A stretch of 64,000 nucleotides of DNA from a virus: the IMG/VR virus record IMGVR_UViG_3300044632_001218; one strand, 5' to 3'. Made by a program: the position numbers and the translations under genes. Below are positions 62,588 through 64,000 of the stretch, in pieces. Position 1 is the first letter of the stretch; every line of letters starts with the position of its first letter. The notes under the pieces were generated by a model. It saw only the letters and a list, made by a program, of their open reading frames with translations, did no database searches and had not been told where the DNA came from.

Positions 62588-63439
62588 ATGTTTGGTAGGT
62601 ATTTTTATCATAAGTCAATACAAAAGACAGTAACTGCTTTTGGAACTTTATTTAATAATATACAGATCAGAAGATTTGATGAGAATGGAAATGCTTTATC
62701 TGTATTAAAAGTTCCTTTTGCTTATGGTCCAACTCAAAAGTTTTTAGCAAGAATAGAGCAACAACCACAAGGAGATAGAAAAGTTGCTCTAACTCTTCCA
62801 AGAATGTCTTTTGAGATGACTACTATTGATTATGATGCCCAGAGGAAATCGTCAGTTATTCAAACATTCTCTGCTCCAAGATCTGACACTGGAAAGGCTG
62901 CAAAAGTATATTCCCCAACTCCATATAATATTGGATTTGAATTAAATATTATGAGCAAAATACAAGATGATGCTCTGCAAATTATAGAACAAATTTTACC
63001 ATTCTTTCAACCATCATTTAACATATCTGTTAGAATGATCCCAGAAATTAATGAAGTTAGGGATATTCCTGTAATTTTAAATAGAGTTGGGTTTAGAGAT
63101 GATTATGAGGGAGACTATACCACAAGAAGGATTATCATTTATACCTTAAACTTTACTGCAAAAACTTATCTGTTTAGTGAAATTCCTTCAGATGATCAAG
63201 GACTTATCAAAAAAGTTCAAGTTGATTATGCTACAGATGCTATCTTAAATGCAAGAAGGGAAGTTAGATATACATCTACTCCTAAAGCACTTGAAGACTA
63301 CAATGGAGATAATGTTATCAATACTGCTGATGACCCACTTATTCCATATGGGGATGATTTTGGATTTAACGAACAAATCATAGATTTCCAAGATTTCAAA
63401 GATTACAGTAGCAGTCAAGGAATTGATGTTGATATATAG
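62588..63439 (+). CDS. gp15: Tail terminator / sheath stabiliser gp15
   Basis: YFYHKSIQK...FGTLFNNI...KVP.AYGP.QKFLARI; tandem CTAAATA at 62557/62564. Confidence 0.92.
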   Translation: MFGRYFYHKSIQKTVTAFGTLFNNIQIRRFDENGNALSVLKVPFAYGPTQKFLARIEQQPQGDRKVALTLPRMSFEMTTIDYDAQRKSSVIQTFSAPRSDTGKAAKVYSPTPYNIGFELNIMSKIQDDALQIIEQILPFFQPSFNISVRMIPEINEVRDIPVILNRVGFRDDYEGDYTTRRIIIYTLNFTAKTYLFSEIPSDDQGLIKKVQVDYATDAILNARREVRYTSTPKALEDYNGDNVINTADDPLIPYGDDFGFNEQIIDFQDFKDYSSSQGIDVDI

Positions 63440-63442
63440 TGT

Positions 63443-63859
63443 ATGGATAAAAAATTTTCAAAGTTAGAAAAATCTTTAGATATAGAAACTACTTTAGTTC
63501 CTATATCTAAAGAAGTTATTGATATCAAATCTACTGATGTTCCTAATGATCCACAAAAAGATTATGAATATAGTAGAGGTCAACTCTATAGTTTAATCTC
63601 AAAAGGACAAGAAGCAGTTGATGGTATATTGGAGATAGCTCAAGAATCTGGTCATCCAAGAGCATTTGAAGTTGCTGGTCAATTAATTAAATCTGTTGCA
63701 GATACTACAGATAAATTAATTGACCTTCAAAAGAAAATGAGAGACTTGGATGCACCTCAAAAAGGACCTACAACAGTCAACAATTCACTTTTTGTAGGTT
63801 CTACTGCAGAACTATCTAAACTTATAAAACAAGGTCTTCTAAATAATGAAGAAGAATAA
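63443..63859 (+). CDS. gp16: Terminase small subunit gp16
   Basis: DYEYSRGQLY.LI.KGQEA...HPRAFEVAGQLIK...NNSLFVGSTAEL. Confidence 0.9.
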   Translation: MDKKFSKLEKSLDIETTLVPISKEVIDIKSTDVPNDPQKDYEYSRGQLYSLISKGQEAVDGILEIAQESGHPRAFEVAGQLIKSVADTTDKLIDLQKKMRDLDAPQKGPTTVNNSLFVGSTAELSKLIKQGLLNNEEE

Positions 63860-63869
63860 TATTCTATAA

Positions 63870-64000
63870 ATGAAAGACCCAAAAGGACCTGTAAAATCAT
63901 ATAAGACTCCAGAAGAAATTGCCCAAAAGCATAAAGTTTCTTTGGATAAAATTATTCAACAGGTAAAAATGGGAACCAAAGTTGAGGGTGAGCACACCAC
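63870..64000 (+). CDS. Hypothetical protein (DUF5661-like), 3'-truncated
   Basis: KTPEEIAQKH...KMGTKVEGEHT; late promoter CTAAATA at 63839. Confidence 0.55.
   Translation, partial: MKDPKGPVKSYKTPEEIAQKHKVSLDKIIQQVKMGTKVEGEHT

Noticed and set aside
1-64000. Diversity-generating retroelement, retron or group II intron
   Set aside because: No reverse transcriptase motif and no template/variable repeat pair differing at adenines was seen
1-64000. Alternative genetic code or stop-codon readthrough
   Set aside because: Long conserved genes are intact in code 11 and all three stop codons are used at coupled gene ends; no suppressor tRNA

Overview
This is a segment of an AT-rich T4-like myophage genome, most likely a (freshwater) cyanophage. 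The host is inferred from gene order, cobS, the 2OG-Fe(II) oxygenases and the promoter type; no photosynthesis gene lies in this window. Nearly all genes are on the + strand. Layout: (1) 1-7.5 kb, tail-fibre module: a 5'-truncated collagen-like fibre with a C-terminal S74-type chaperone, small fibre-associated proteins and two 2OG-Fe(II) oxygenases. (2) 7.6-11 kb, an HExxH/vWA protein plus CobS (MoxR-type AAA). (3) 11-34.8 kb, about 85 mostly small accessory/early ORFs (RmlB-like dehydratase, KTSC, ParB-like, Cas4-like exonuclease, HAD phosphatase, ArdA-like, HNH), 7 tRNAs, one tRNA-like element and several structured intergenic RNAs. (4) 34.7-35.4 kb, a largely non-coding segment with 9 DnaA-box-type 9-mers, outward-facing promoters, a G-tract and A-tract repeats (origin-like). 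(5) 35.4-64 kb, conserved small genes, then gp25-gp6-gp7-gp7b-gp8-DUF4815/VrlC-gp13-(GIY-YIG)-gp14-gp15-gp16. The most striking unexplained structure is a 20-copy promoter cassette. It has a 22-bp operator-like inverted repeat 30 nt upstream of an extended -10 (29 and 31 nt in one copy each). A second inverted repeat, variable in sequence but conserved in pairing, spans -10 to +1 and in 11 copies creates an in-frame leaderless ATG. The last copy is inverted and points antisense into the array from the DnaA-box region. All coordinates were read by hand. Family calls come from motif recognition, not database searches.
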